From Candidatus Aegiribacteria sp. (lineage in GTDB: Bacteria > Fermentibacterota > Fermentibacteria > Fermentibacterales > JCC-6): 64,000 nt of DNA. The stretch spans positions 30,911 to 94,910 of the forward strand of contig JAIORS010000218.1 of NCBI GenBank assembly GCA_021108005.1. The letters run 5' to 3'. The translations under genes were made by a program, and so were the position numbers. Positions 10,929 to 19,152 of the stretch are shown one piece after another. How positions within the stretch are numbered: position 1 is the first letter of the stretch; every line of letters begins with the position of its first letter. The notes under the pieces were generated by a model. That model did no database searches, was not told the DNA's origin, and saw only the letters and a list, made by a program, of their open reading frames with translations.

Positions 10929-11726
10929 ATGGTGATCGCGCACGAACATAATCATATCCTGGAGGATAACGTGATTCGTATTGTTGAGATGGAGAACTTA
11001 CGCTTCAATCAGTATCTGTCAGCGGTGGGTGTTGTCGGCGTGTTTTCAAGGTGGGTCGTTGCACATCGACCCCACGCAAAGTCACTCTGTGTATTATCGG
11101 GATCCCAGATTGTTGCAGTTGCGATTCTCGGTCCCAGTATAGGACTTCCTCAGGCGGCGAGCTGCTGGGTATTCAGTGACTCTACTGAGGCGTTTGCCTG
11201 TCTTCTTGAACAGTTACGCCAAATGAGAGTTGGTCCTCTGAGCTTCCCGCTTCGTTTTCTGGATTATGTAGCAAGAGGTAGTGACGTTTCTGTAGATCAT
11301 TTCTATGTGATGCTGCAATCAAGAGCTGGAAAAAGAATCGGCGTCTCGGGGGTCGAGTATCTATCGCGCGAGAGGTTCGCGAACCTTACCATTCCCGACG
11401 AAATGACCCGTCTTCTCGGCACCATCGAAAGCATTCCTGAGGGATTCCCGTACTACGGAGTGGTCAGGAGTAACACGCTGGTTGCTCTTGCAGAGTCATG
11501 TGTTAGAGATTCCGAATTGGCTGCGATCCAGCAGGTGTTTACGATATCCTCGGCTCGGGGTCAAGGTTTTGGGCATGCAGTGGTGGAGTATGCAGCTCTG
11601 GATCTTCTCAAAGATGGAATTATACCCACCTACTTCACCGATGAAAGCAACCGAGAATCTGTCTTTCTGGCTGAGTCAGTTGGATTTGAACTCGACTCCA
11701 GGTGGGGATACACTGATCTTGATTAG
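10929..11726 (+). CDS. GNAT-family N-acetyltransferase with N-terminal extension
   Basis: The C-terminal segment VFTISSARGQGFGHAVVEYAALDLL...YFTDESNRESVFLAESVGFE matches the acetyl-CoA-binding motif A (R/Q-x-x-G-x-G/A) of GNATs. Confidence 0.6.
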   Translation: MVIAHEHNHILEDNVIRIVEMENLRFNQYLSAVGVVGVFSRWVVAHRPHAKSLCVLSGSQIVAVAILGPSIGLPQAASCWVFSDSTEAFACLLEQLRQMRVGPLSFPLRFLDYVARGSDVSVDHFYVMLQSRAGKRIGVSGVEYLSRERFANLTIPDEMTRLLGTIESIPEGFPYYGVVRSNTLVALAESCVRDSELAAIQQVFTISSARGQGFGHAVVEYAALDLLKDGIIPTYFTDESNRESVFLAESVGFELDSRWGYTDLD

Positions 11727-11802
11727 GTGCACTGGTTAATGCCTGCATGATGCCCTACCTCCTGGCTATGTGTGTAAAAGAGAATGAAGATAAGAGGTTT
11801 AC

Positions 11803-12654
11803 TTGAAAGCAGCCCGATTATACGATCAACTTGAAAAGGATTTCATTACTCCGGAAATGAGTGACGAATGGGCACAGTACATGGATTCTGTCGCTGATTT
11901 TCTTAGTGATAACTTTAAGAAGAGATCAATGGGTTTAGTTTGTGATTTTACCACAGAAATAAGTAAAGTTTATACAGCTGTTTTCCCATCAGGAAACATT
12001 ATGCAAAGAATTCTAGATGATGGAACTGAAGATGCGATGCTTTTTGTTCATCATCCATCGATTTGGGATATCAGAAAAGCACCGGATGTGTTTCAGCAGA
12101 TTGACAGAGAATTGTTACAGCAATTCGAAAATAGAAAAATCTCAATTTACAATCTTCATGTACCTCTGGATAATTTTGGTGAATACTCAACAAGTGTAAC
12201 TTTAGCAAAAGCATTAGGTATAAAACCTGAAAAAGCCTTTGCAGCATATTTTGGTGCAATGGCAGGAGTATTTGGAAAAACCGACTGTGCAACAGTTCAA
12301 GACCTGAAAAACAAATTTCAGGAAACAGTCAACCATGAAGTCAGTCTGTATAAGTATGGAGATGATGAAATCAAAGACGCAACTGTCGCTGTTATAGCAG
12401 GTGGCGGGAATGATATTGATATACTACAGGAAGTTTTCAAAGCTGGAGTCAATACTTTTGTAACAGGTATTGCTGTTATAAATAAACATTCCAGCAAGGC
12501 ACATGAATATGCTGAAAAACAAGGAATAAATATACTGGGTGGCACCCATTATTCTACTGAAAAATTTGCTTGTATATCGATGGTTGACTATTTTACTGAA
12601 ACTGGATTGCCCTCCGAATTTATTGAAGATGAACCTGTTATGGAGGACATGTAA
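11803..12654 (+). CDS. NIF3-family (YbgI / GTP cyclohydrolase 1 type 2 homolog) dinuclear-metal protein
   Basis: The FVHHPSIW, YNLHVPLD and GGTHYSTE motifs are characteristic of the NIF3/DUF34 family. The start is TTG with an AAGAGG Shine-Dalgarno 7 nt upstream. Clearly AT-rich. Confidence 0.8.
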   Translation: MKAARLYDQLEKDFITPEMSDEWAQYMDSVADFLSDNFKKRSMGLVCDFTTEISKVYTAVFPSGNIMQRILDDGTEDAMLFVHHPSIWDIRKAPDVFQQIDRELLQQFENRKISIYNLHVPLDNFGEYSTSVTLAKALGIKPEKAFAAYFGAMAGVFGKTDCATVQDLKNKFQETVNHEVSLYKYGDDEIKDATVAVIAGGGNDIDILQEVFKAGVNTFVTGIAVINKHSSKAHEYAEKQGINILGGTHYSTEKFACISMVDYFTETGLPSEFIEDEPVMEDM

Positions 12655-12785
12655 AAAAAGCCCTGTGCGGCATTTCTGTAATCGTTTGAACCATGCTTCA
12701 AATCGCAGGAGTAAAAGAAGTAATCTTCTCCAGAGCCTCTGGAAATGGTGTGTGATCCCAACGTGGATTACGTTCCATGGCAAGA

Positions 12786-13007
12786 CGATGTTCCTGAAAT
12801 ATAGGTTGGGTAAGTTGTCAGTGATCCGGCTTCAGGGGGAACGTACATTCTGATACCGAGTATCCAGCGTATATTTACTGACAACGATGTTTGACTGCGG
12901 GTATTTCATATCGTATGGTCAGTTTCAGGCAGGGAAATGGTGACATCTGCAAACGGATGAGCTGTTTTGGGGGTAGCTAATAAGATTGCGGAAAATCCAC
13001 TTTCCTA
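12786..13007. repeat. Right copy of the 222-bp direct repeat
   Basis: See the left copy. The only mismatch in the 167-bp core is 10165 A versus 12893 G. Confidence 0.9.
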
Positions 13008-13079
13008 TTGTTCGCCATCCTCAATATCCTTTTCTGTCAGACGAGAACCAAGGTTGATTATCCCCTCGATTCCACACAT
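13005..13079 (-). pseudogene. Remnant N-terminus of a class-II glutamine amidotransferase (asparagine synthase B-like)
   Basis: The minus strand reads MCGIEGIINLGSRLTEKDIEDGEQ then stop. MCGI-G-I is the signature start of AsnB-type enzymes. The frame ends exactly at the repeat boundary. The longer 52-aa ORF 13005-13163 contains it. Confidence 0.35.
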
Positions 13080-13240
13080 TCGAAACCTCCGCTGATGAAG
13101 ATGTTTCCGAAGGTAATCAATCTTTGCTATGTTATCCACCCCAGGAGAGCTGCCTGCTGACATCAAAACGTCTGGACAGCGTTTGAAGCCCTCTGTATTA
13201 TCATCTGATTGCAGCTGTTAATCGTGAAGGAGTAGAATAA

Positions 13241-14233
13241 GTGCTTTCCATAATAGCCGCGAATTACAACAAGGAAGACGTACTTATCGATTATTTCGAT
13301 TCCATCTATTCAAATGGATTTGACGATTTCGAACTTATCTTCGTCGATGACTGCTCCACGGATTCATCGGTAAGTATTGCGGAGAGGTTTCCATGCGAGA
13401 TTATCCGCAACGACAGTAATCTCGGGCCGGCGGTCAGCAGGAACCTTGCAGCGGAACGGGCAAACGGGGATGTACTTGTCTTCACTGATACGGATATTAC
13501 CATTGATCCAGGTGGACTCGAACTCATAAACCGCAGGTTTACGCGGGACGGAATTAAGGTGATGTTCGGAAAACTCGCGTTTCCTCCTCTGCGCAACACT
13601 GGAATCGGAAGGTACTGGCTTTACGAGGAAGAAGAAGCGTGTCGTTACGGTGGAGTGAGAACTGGAATGGTCAACTGCTGGAGTTCCACTCTTGGCGCAA
13701 TAGAAAGGGTACTTTTCCAGAGCATCGGCGGTTTTAACGAATCTTTCAAAGGTGCTGATATCGAGGATCATGAACTTGCCGCGAAAATACTGCAGTATCA
13801 TCAAGTGTTCTACGATGAGGAACTTACATTTCATCACTACTATCCAGGCACATGGCTTGTTCTGAAAAAAATGTTCATTCGATCAAAAATGTTTGCCAGG
13901 TCAACAAGCATAAAAGTGTACAAAGAACATTCCTGGGTGAGCAGACACAGAAACTCCGGTTACCTGTTTTCCGCGCTGATAACAGTTCTATTGGCAGCTT
14001 TACCTTTGAGTATTCTATTCTTTTCTTCCGCTGCCGGGTGGATTTCATGTTCCCTCCTGATATTACTCCTTATTAAAGTAACGCATCACAGATTGCTGCT
14101 TAAGGCGGCATTTCAAAAAGACTCACCGTTTTTCAGCATATATTGTTTTCTGTTGCTTTACCTGACATCTTTGTTTGCCATGACTGGATTCGCAGTCGGT
14201 TTATTAAAAGGGAAGGATACTGCCAATGAGTAA
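13241..14233 (+). CDS. Glycosyltransferase family 2 with C-terminal transmembrane segments
   Basis: The IIAANYNKEDVL...FELIFVDDCSTDSS and VFTDTDI motifs indicate a GT-A fold. There are three hydrophobic helices at the C-terminus. GTG start preceded by AAGGAG. Confidence 0.85.
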   Translation: MLSIIAANYNKEDVLIDYFDSIYSNGFDDFELIFVDDCSTDSSVSIAERFPCEIIRNDSNLGPAVSRNLAAERANGDVLVFTDTDITIDPGGLELINRRFTRDGIKVMFGKLAFPPLRNTGIGRYWLYEEEEACRYGGVRTGMVNCWSSTLGAIERVLFQSIGGFNESFKGADIEDHELAAKILQYHQVFYDEELTFHHYYPGTWLVLKKMFIRSKMFARSTSIKVYKEHSWVSRHRNSGYLFSALITVLLAALPLSILFFSSAAGWISCSLLILLLIKVTHHRLLLKAAFQKDSPFFSIYCFLLLYLTSLFAMTGFAVGLLKGKDTANE

Positions 14234-15302
14234 CCTGACGGGAATGGCAGGCAGGTTCTGGCGTAAGAACTTTAACTATCTGGTATTCCAGATAACCAGC
14301 AGGTGCAACGCGGCATGCGAGCATTGCTTCAACTGGCGGAATGTACGGAATGCTGCGGGGCAGAAGAACATTGAATTATCACTGGATGAGATTGAGGAAC
14401 TTACTGAGAAACTTCCGCCCATGCTCCTTGTGAACCTTTGCGGAGGAGAGCCGACAATGAGAAGCGACCTGCCGGAAATTGTATCTCTCTTCAGCCGGAA
14501 CACCGGAGCCAGATACATAACAATTCCAACCAACGGATTTCTTCCCGACAGCACGGAAGAGGTATTCGGTAGAATTTTCAGCGAAAATCCTGATACATTC
14601 TTCAGGCTGGGAATTTCACTGGATGGCTGGGAAGAGGAGCACGACAGGATTCGCAGGCATCCAAGTGGTTTTCAGAAAGTACTGAAGACAGCAGGAACAC
14701 TCCAGGAAATGAAAAGCCGATACTCCAACTATTTTGTGGAAGCAAACATAGTTTTCAGCAAGAATACACAGGACAGTATAGATGATCTTGTTACCCGTAT
14801 TCATTCTACAAAACTCTTCGATTCCATTGCGGTGCTATATATCCGCGGGAACCCTGAAGATCCTGAGCTGCTTAAGCCGGACCTTGAGAAATACAGAAAA
14901 ATCAATCGCAGGATAATCGAAACATTCAGAGTAAAGCGTCATCCTTCCGCTCGGATACTTGAAGCGCTTACAGACATGGTGGTGGAAACGGTCATTAAAG
15001 CTGAGAAAACCAGTAAGAACTGTTTCAGGTGTTTTGCGGCAGATCGTTTTGCTGTACTGAACTCAAAGGGGGATCTTTATCCCTGCGAAATTATGGAGGA
15101 CCGTCTCATTGGAAATGTCAGGAACTGGAAATACGATATTCCGGCCATGCTGGAATCCCCGGTCGCTAAGGAAATTCGCGAGTTTGCTAAAACGTGCGTT
15201 TGCACATGGGAGTGTGCCATTAACATGTCTTTCATCTATCAGCCACTCCAGTCGCTCCGTGTAGCTGCGCGAGCACTCTCCAGTATCATTCACCAAAGGT
15301 AG
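14226..15302 (+). CDS. Radical SAM protein with SPASM-like C-terminal cysteine cluster
   Basis: CNAACEHCFNW is the CxxxCxxC radical-SAM motif. The C-terminal cysteines are CFRCF...YPCE...CVCTWEC. It overlaps the GT2 gene by 8 nt. Confidence 0.85.
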   Translation: MSNLTGMAGRFWRKNFNYLVFQITSRCNAACEHCFNWRNVRNAAGQKNIELSLDEIEELTEKLPPMLLVNLCGGEPTMRSDLPEIVSLFSRNTGARYITIPTNGFLPDSTEEVFGRIFSENPDTFFRLGISLDGWEEEHDRIRRHPSGFQKVLKTAGTLQEMKSRYSNYFVEANIVFSKNTQDSIDDLVTRIHSTKLFDSIAVLYIRGNPEDPELLKPDLEKYRKINRRIIETFRVKRHPSARILEALTDMVVETVIKAEKTSKNCFRCFAADRFAVLNSKGDLYPCEIMEDRLIGNVRNWKYDIPAMLESPVAKEIREFAKTCVCTWECAINMSFIYQPLQSLRVAARALSSIIHQR

Positions 15303-15392
15303 CACATCTCTGGTCTTTCCAAATATAGCGCTTCATATTAAACGCTGTGACTGGAGGACTATGCAGACGAAAACAGAGCTCTGAAAGCTGGA

Positions 15393-16354
15393 TTGATGTC
15401 CGTAAGCATTAATAAAATATTGCTTATTGTGTTTTTGCTGGCTTTTCTGCCAAGAATTGGCGCTGTACTTCTGGCTCCTCACCCTCCTTCCGCGCACTGG
15501 GATGTAGCTCACGATGTTATCATTGCGAGAAACCTTGCCGGGGGGCATGGTTTTGCAAATGAACCAGACACACGACTGCTTACAGATACCCGCTCATACC
15601 CTTTATTCTCTCTCTGTTTTTCCGTGTTTTCGGGGAGAGATATATTCCCTTCCTTCTTTTTCAGTCTTTCTTTGGGGCGCTGGTAGCGTCGATCATGGCC
15701 TGGATCGGATACAAGATAGGCGGTAGATCTTTAGCTCTTCTCACGGGAATACTTATTGCCGTTAACACCGAACTGATATCGTATTCCCGTATGATGCTTC
15801 CGAAAACGATTTTCTCTTTTTTGTTGAGCCTGATCGCCCTTGCAAGCATGTATCTTATTTCCCACAGGAACAATATTCAGTTCTTTCTTACAGGTGTTCT
15901 TCTGGGGCTTGCTGCCCTTTGCAGACCGGTTGCGATCAGCTGGGGAATACTTCTTGCTGCAATACTGCTTGTACAGAAGAAGTATCGATTAAGAGTAAGA
16001 CTGAACGTAGTTCTGGCTCTGTCAATCGGCTATCTGCTTACTATGGCGCCGTGGCTGATCAGAAATTAGATCGTTATGGGTTCACCTGCTTTAACTACTT
16101 CGAGCGGAATCACATTCTGGCTCTTTGGCCATAATGACGCTCAGCATTCCGATGAAACAAAAAACATTCCCGAAGAGTACGAAAGAGTCAACAGAGAGGT
16201 AAATCCCAAAGAGTATTTTACTGTATCCGGTGGTGATCCCGCCCGAATGATTCCAATCTACAATATGGAACCAAGATATCAGGCATACTCATTCGAGCAG
16301 TCCGTTGTTGACAGAGTAGCCGGGCTGGATGAGTGGAAGCTAATCGGGAATTAA
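15393..16354 (+). pseudogene. GT39/ArnT-like (GT-C) glycosyltransferase, disrupted and 3'-truncated
   Basis: Three consecutive ORFs (15393-15686, 15695-16069, 16076-16354) read through as one family-typical protein. There is a frameshift near 15600-15610 (...SYPLF / ILSLFFRVFGERY...). There is an in-frame TAG at 16067-16069 inside PWLIRN*IVMGSPALTTSSGITFWLFGHN. The expected C-terminal third is missing. Confidence 0.7.
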
Positions 16355-16413
16355 ATAGAATGGCTCTGGAGTATTCACATGTTTACAATGCCTTCAGACC
16401 TTAATAAGCATGC

Positions 16414-16977
16414 TTACATAGAGAATCTGCAGCCAAAAGGAGCCGGATTTGAGTGAATAGTACAACTGAAATCCCCACTGACATGTACTGAGGACCCGTT
16501 TCCAAGCTCACTTCCAATTGTGGCATTGATTGTAAAGGAAACTCTGATCGGCGGACCACAGTCAAATGTAGTAATGGTGATGTTTCCTGACGAGGCAGTT
16601 GTGTTACTTGAGAGCTCATTTGAATTACTGATATCTATAAGGAACATTTTGAAAGGAGATTCATTGGTAGGGAATGAATAGGTGGTATCAACAAAAATGT
16701 TTTCTACTATAAAAAACAGTTTCCAGAATGATGCTTGACTGGAAAGATCATAGAAGAATATCTTCAGCGAATATTCATCAATATAACCGGGTTCCCAAAT
16801 ATCACTGCATATTGCATAGTCAGTTCCCATCTGTATTTCATGACCGTTCTCATTCATGAATATCAGATTATTACTGATTCTGTTACTCTCCGTTTGTGTT
16901 GATGACTTCTCACTGATAGATACACCTTGAGATGCCAAGAGGACAGAGAGAAGCGGTATAAGTACGCCTAAGTACAT
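16414..16977 (-). CDS. Hypothetical secreted protein (orphan, AT-rich)
   Basis: 187-aa ORF with an N-terminal signal-like helix and an Asn/Ser-rich sequence. Its composition is visibly different from the neighbouring genes. Confidence 0.5.
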   Translation of the reverse strand: MYLGVLIPLLSVLLASQGVSISEKSSTQTESNRISNNLIFMNENGHEIQMGTDYAICSDIWEPGYIDEYSLKIFFYDLSSQASFWKLFFIVENIFVDTTYSFPTNESPFKMFLIDISNSNELSSNTTASSGNITITTFDCGPPIRVSFTINATIGSELGNGSSVHVSGDFSCTIHSNPAPFGCRFSM

Positions 16978-17114
16978 AACATACCCCCATTTATGACCAT
17001 TAAGAGTAAACCAGCGCTAGGAAAGGAATAAAGCAGCTGGCGATATTGGCCACTGACAGATACTTGTCACAACTCTGGATGATCCAGGTCCGTTCCTCGG
17101 CAGCCCTGACCTGC

Positions 17115-18707
17115 TCAACGACTGATCATTACCACCCTTGTCTGTGCGGTATCACCTGACGAGTCGGTAATGCCTACAATATAGATACTCGACGGGAGAG
17201 GAACCCCGAATGCGTCGGTTCCCGCCCACAGGTAACTTGATGTCTCACCGGCCTGCACGTATTCGATTCCAGTGTAAATGGTTCTACCGGAGATATCGCG
17301 TGCACTGATGGTAACGATCCCGGTCACGGGGCTCGTGAAGACAAGGTTCACTGCTCCGCAAATCGGATTGACGGCAGGTCTGATAGTCAGCGGGGCTTCA
17401 GGGTCTGATCCACCCTCTATCCCGGTCTCCTGCCAATCGTAGAATGCAATGAGGAACTCGTCCCAGCCTGTGTTACTCGCAAAATCCAGGTCCATAGACA
17501 CATAAGACTCGATCTGCGAACCATACTCGAGTTCCGGAAAGTTGATGGAAAGACCGTTGGTGCGCGGTTCAGACGATCCATGGCACTCGTTGATAATGAC
17601 AAACTCGTAAAGGTCCATGACCTCCTGTAGCTTTGCCGTGACGAATGGATCGTCCTCGAGAGCGAGATAGGTTACCAGGAAATCGTAGAAGTCGATCTCG
17701 TCCATGTTGTAGGTTCCTCCCATACCCATCTCCCAGACCTGGTTCCTTGCATCCTGAACCGTAGGTGCTATGTCATCGATGTTCGTGGTCATGTAGACGC
17801 AGAGCTCATCAAAAACGTCTATCATGGCCTGGAGTTGTGACTGCTCCACCGCGCACATGGTAGCCCATTGGCCGTAAGGGGGTTCAAGGTTCGACTCGAT
17901 GAGATCGATTACCATGTTTCCTATCTCGGTGTTCGAAAGCGCGGCGGAGTCGTCCAGAATGGCTGCGATATCATCCATGATACCCCTCCAGAAGATGTAC
18001 CCGCTGAGATCCTCGCTGCCCATATAAACACCCACACAGCTCCTGAGCTCGTAAGCCGATTCCAGGGCACCCATCAGGCACGGAGCGGTGAAGGCAAGCA
18101 TGTCTACTCCGTTCACAGCCTGGATGGCAATCTGGATCTCGTTCATATAAAGCATGTCATCTGACGTTTCGTCGACGCAGGCACCCCACCAGCCGGCGCC
18201 ATGGTCGTACATGGTCAGGAAGTACCTGTCAGCCGGGAAATTAGTCTTTCCATAGGAGAGGAAGTCCTGAAGGGTCTCCCAATCTCCCATATTTACTTCC
18301 CCCAGCTCCTCCAGCAGTGAGAGACTGCCGTCAGGACGAACGTAGTAGATAAATGCAGGATATGCCATGTCGTCCTGCAGAACGATTACATTTACGTTGG
18401 CGGAAGATCTGCACTCGTTCGCGAAATCGAAGAGGGGATCGTAACCAGAGAACTCGGCGTCGTCATAGAAGAGGAAGGTCCAGGCTACGCTGTCTGCAAG
18501 GCCAGGCAAATTGCCAGGGGTCATATACTCGACCACTGCCTGAGTGCCGCAATGTCCATCGGGCGGGCTGAACCCTTCCCCGGCGATTACCGGATGTCCT
18601 GGAATCAGACCCTCTTCATCTGATCTATCGATTGAGTCGAATCCTACGCTGACAGACGCTAGAAAAACTAAGAACAATGCAACTGTTATGCCGGCCATGC
18701 TGGCCAC
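17115..18707 (-). CDS. Clostripain-like (family C11) cysteine peptidase with C-terminal sorting domain
   Basis: MYDHGAGWWG (His) and LAFTAPCLMGALE (Cys) contexts resemble the C11 catalytic dyad. Signal peptide, GTG start, and a tail reading VTISARDISGRTI..SSIYIVGI. Confidence 0.72.
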   Translation of the reverse strand: MASMAGITVALFLVFLASVSVGFDSIDRSDEEGLIPGHPVIAGEGFSPPDGHCGTQAVVEYMTPGNLPGLADSVAWTFLFYDDAEFSGYDPLFDFANECRSSANVNVIVLQDDMAYPAFIYYVRPDGSLSLLEELGEVNMGDWETLQDFLSYGKTNFPADRYFLTMYDHGAGWWGACVDETSDDMLYMNEIQIAIQAVNGVDMLAFTAPCLMGALESAYELRSCVGVYMGSEDLSGYIFWRGIMDDIAAILDDSAALSNTEIGNMVIDLIESNLEPPYGQWATMCAVEQSQLQAMIDVFDELCVYMTTNIDDIAPTVQDARNQVWEMGMGGTYNMDEIDFYDFLVTYLALEDDPFVTAKLQEVMDLYEFVIINECHGSSEPRTNGLSINFPELEYGSQIESYVSMDLDFASNTGWDEFLIAFYDWQETGIEGGSDPEAPLTIRPAVNPICGAVNLVFTSPVTGIVTISARDISGRTIYTGIEYVQAGETSSYLWAGTDAFGVPLPSSIYIVGITDSSGDTAQTRVVMISR

Positions 18708-18767
18708 CTTCCTGATTTGAAGCCCAAGATACTGTAAGTAAGGAATGGCGCTGTCATGGTAACGTAT

Positions 18768-18789
18768 CCCCCGGAACAGCTCATCCGTT
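18768..18789 (-). promoter_or_regulatory. Third copy of conserved motif AACGGATGAGCTGTTYYGGGGG
   Basis: On the minus strand it reads AACGGATGAGCTGTTCCGGGGG, about 61 nt upstream of the C11 peptidase start. The same motif occurs at 10224-10245 and 12952-12973 (+ strand) inside the direct repeats. It contains the small hairpin AACGG-ATGAG-CTGTT. Confidence 0.4.
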
Positions 18790-18876
18790 AGATAATGCTC
18801 CCCCTTTTCTATCTTAAATCAATAATAAGTACTATTAGTTTCCCAGTCAATGAAGTAATCGCCAAATAATCGAAGG

Positions 18877-19053
18877 TTATTTTATAAAAGAGATTGACTT
18901 TATCTCACCACCGCACTTAAGGTACTTCAATACATCAATATCCCAGACATTTTTCAGAAGCACAGCCCACAGCTGTCTTCCCCATCTGGAATATGATGAA
19001 CAGTCTCTAATGGAAGAGGCGGAATCGATGGAAACATCACACCAGAATTTGCT
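18877..19053 (-). mobile_element. Fragment of an IS91-family (Y2/HUH rolling-circle) transposase C-terminus
   Basis: The minus frame reads ...YSRWGRQLWAVLLKNVWDIDVLKYLKCGGEIKSISFIK then stop. This matches the remembered C-terminal signature SWAxLLKRVFxIDxxxCxxCGGxMKIIAFI of IS91-type transposases. There is no start codon and no catalytic region. Confidence 0.45.
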
Positions 19054-19152
19054 GGAAAGATAAAACGGATCATGACCGGACGTAAAGTTTTCCGCATCCG
19101 ATTCCTCAACTGCACTCGTAATTTATCCTGCGGAAACTCTCATCCCGTGCGA

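Noticed and set aside
10407-11726. The orphan gene plus GNAT gene as a GNAT-type toxin-antitoxin pair
   Set aside because: The upstream protein is 166 aa with a hydrophobic N-terminus and no RHH/HTH-like motif. The GNAT is 265 aa with a long N-terminal extension. Neither the sizes nor the domain order fit TacAT/AtaRT-type modules.
12424-12853. ORFs 12424-12783 (-) and 12539-12853 (+)
   Set aside because: The first is antisense to the NIF3-like gene. The second runs out of that gene in another frame into the repeat. Neither has a recognisable motif.
15514-16134. ORFs 15514-15726, 15661-15873 (-) and 15919-16134
   Set aside because: These are alternative frames of the GT39-like pseudogene. 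The family-like sequence is in the frames reported for the pseudogene.
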